From: Mobula birostris
Lineage: Eukaryota
Assembly (NCBI RefSeq): GCF_030028105.1
Contig: NC_092379.1
Location: 24,297,821 to 24,361,820, forward strand
Reading direction: 5' to 3'
DNA length: 64,000 bases
Shown here: positions 63,230 to 64,000 of the stretch, piece by piece
Position numbering within the stretch: position 1 is the first letter of the stretch
Layout: each line of letters opens with the position of its first letter
Made by a program: the position numbers and the translations under genes
The notes under the pieces: model-generated
Seen by the model: only the letters and a program-made list of their open reading frames with translations
What the model was told of the DNA's origin: nothing
The model's database searches: none

Positions 63230-64000
63230 CCTTAACCATTCGACTGCAAAGTTACCTTCCATATTATAAATCCTCCATGACCAACAGGATTTCTGATGTG
63301 GCGGCGGGAATATGGGGTGAAGGCAAAGGTGCGCGAAATGGAGGAAATGTGGGTCAAGGCAACTTTGATGGTGGAGGAATGGAAGCTCCTTACTTTGAAG
63401 GTAGAGTACACCACATTAGTTCTGGAATGAAATAAAAAAAAAGACACTTCAATTTGGGAGCAAATGAGGCGGAAACCAAGGAAATGAGAGAAATGGCTAA
63501 CATTTTTACAAATGACAGGGAAGACGTATTGTACAGGTATCTGTGAAGGTCAGTGGGTTTATAAATCATATCAGTAGATAGACTGTCTACAGAGATGGAA
63601 ACAGAGGGATCAAGAAAGAAGAAACTGATGTTGGAAATGGACAAAGTATATTTGAGCGCAGTGTTTAAAGTGGAGGCAAAGTTTATGACGTCGATGAGCT
63701 CAGCATGGGTGCAGTAAGCAGAACCAAAGCTGCGTCGCTGTAGCATAGGAAAAGTTGGGGAGTGATACTGATTTTGTTGCAAGGACGTGGCGGTGGAACG
63801 AACCCACGTGCTAAAGACGGACGCGGAGGCCGTGCCGGGAAGCGTTACAGTTCAGCGAGCGTGCAATTGGTGTCCAAGAGAGACTTTACCATGAGTCTTG
63901 GTTTTAGTAGCGAATTCAGGAACGATCCTAGACTTAGAAGTGATAATCCTAGGAAGCATGGAACGAGGTTACTCATATACGGGTCGACCAACGAACTGGC
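63230..64000 (-). mobile_element. Penelope-like RT fragment
   Basis: ELIDVINFAS....LKYT.SIS..S.FFLDPSVSIS.DSLSTD..YKPTDLHRYL.NTSS. Confidence 0.8.

Noticed and set aside
62769-63269. 166-aa ORF and overlapping LADLDDVFIG...VIAASDN frame
   Set aside because: No recognisable domain, and the implied intron of 28 nt is too short.
1-64000. Prokaryotic features (CRISPR arrays, operons, rRNA/tRNA) and most short ORFs in the supplied track
   Set aside because: The sequence is vertebrate. Tandem arrays lack unique spacers, and the short ORFs are mostly antisense or alternative frames of transposons and microsatellites.

Overview
Eukaryotic, repeat-dense genomic DNA from a cartilaginous fish (inferred from the V-segment families and CR1/Rex/Penelope repeat content; probably a ray/skate), not a prokaryote. 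It lies inside an antigen-receptor V-gene region. Three clear V segments carry recombination signal sequences (RSS). (1) An intact IgW/IgX-type VH on the minus strand (leader 3455-3500, V exon 3048-3345, 23-RSS). It is followed by a D segment (12/22 RSS, 5' heptamer mutated) and a second 13-spacer-RSS segment, forming a partly decayed mini-cluster. (2) An open, apparently leaderless Ig/TCR-hybrid V on the minus strand (20615-20916). (3) A plus-strand V of the same family (leader 44666-44711, V exon 45142-45442) whose only visible lesion is +1 A in an A8 run. V2 and V3 both have 22-nt RSS spacers and resemble the TCR-delta-associated Ig-like V (TAILV) type, which suggests a mixed Ig/TCR alpha-delta region. 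I found no convincing J or C exon. Several much more decayed V-like relics are present. A frameshifted reading frame at 13.8-14.3 kb resembles secreted AID/APOBEC-like (SNAD) deaminases. The rest is mostly CR1, Rex/Babar, RTE, L1/Tx1, Penelope, Gypsy and Tc1 elements, local duplications, microsatellites and two assembly gaps. Family assignments come from recalled motifs, not database searches, and transposon boundaries are approximate.
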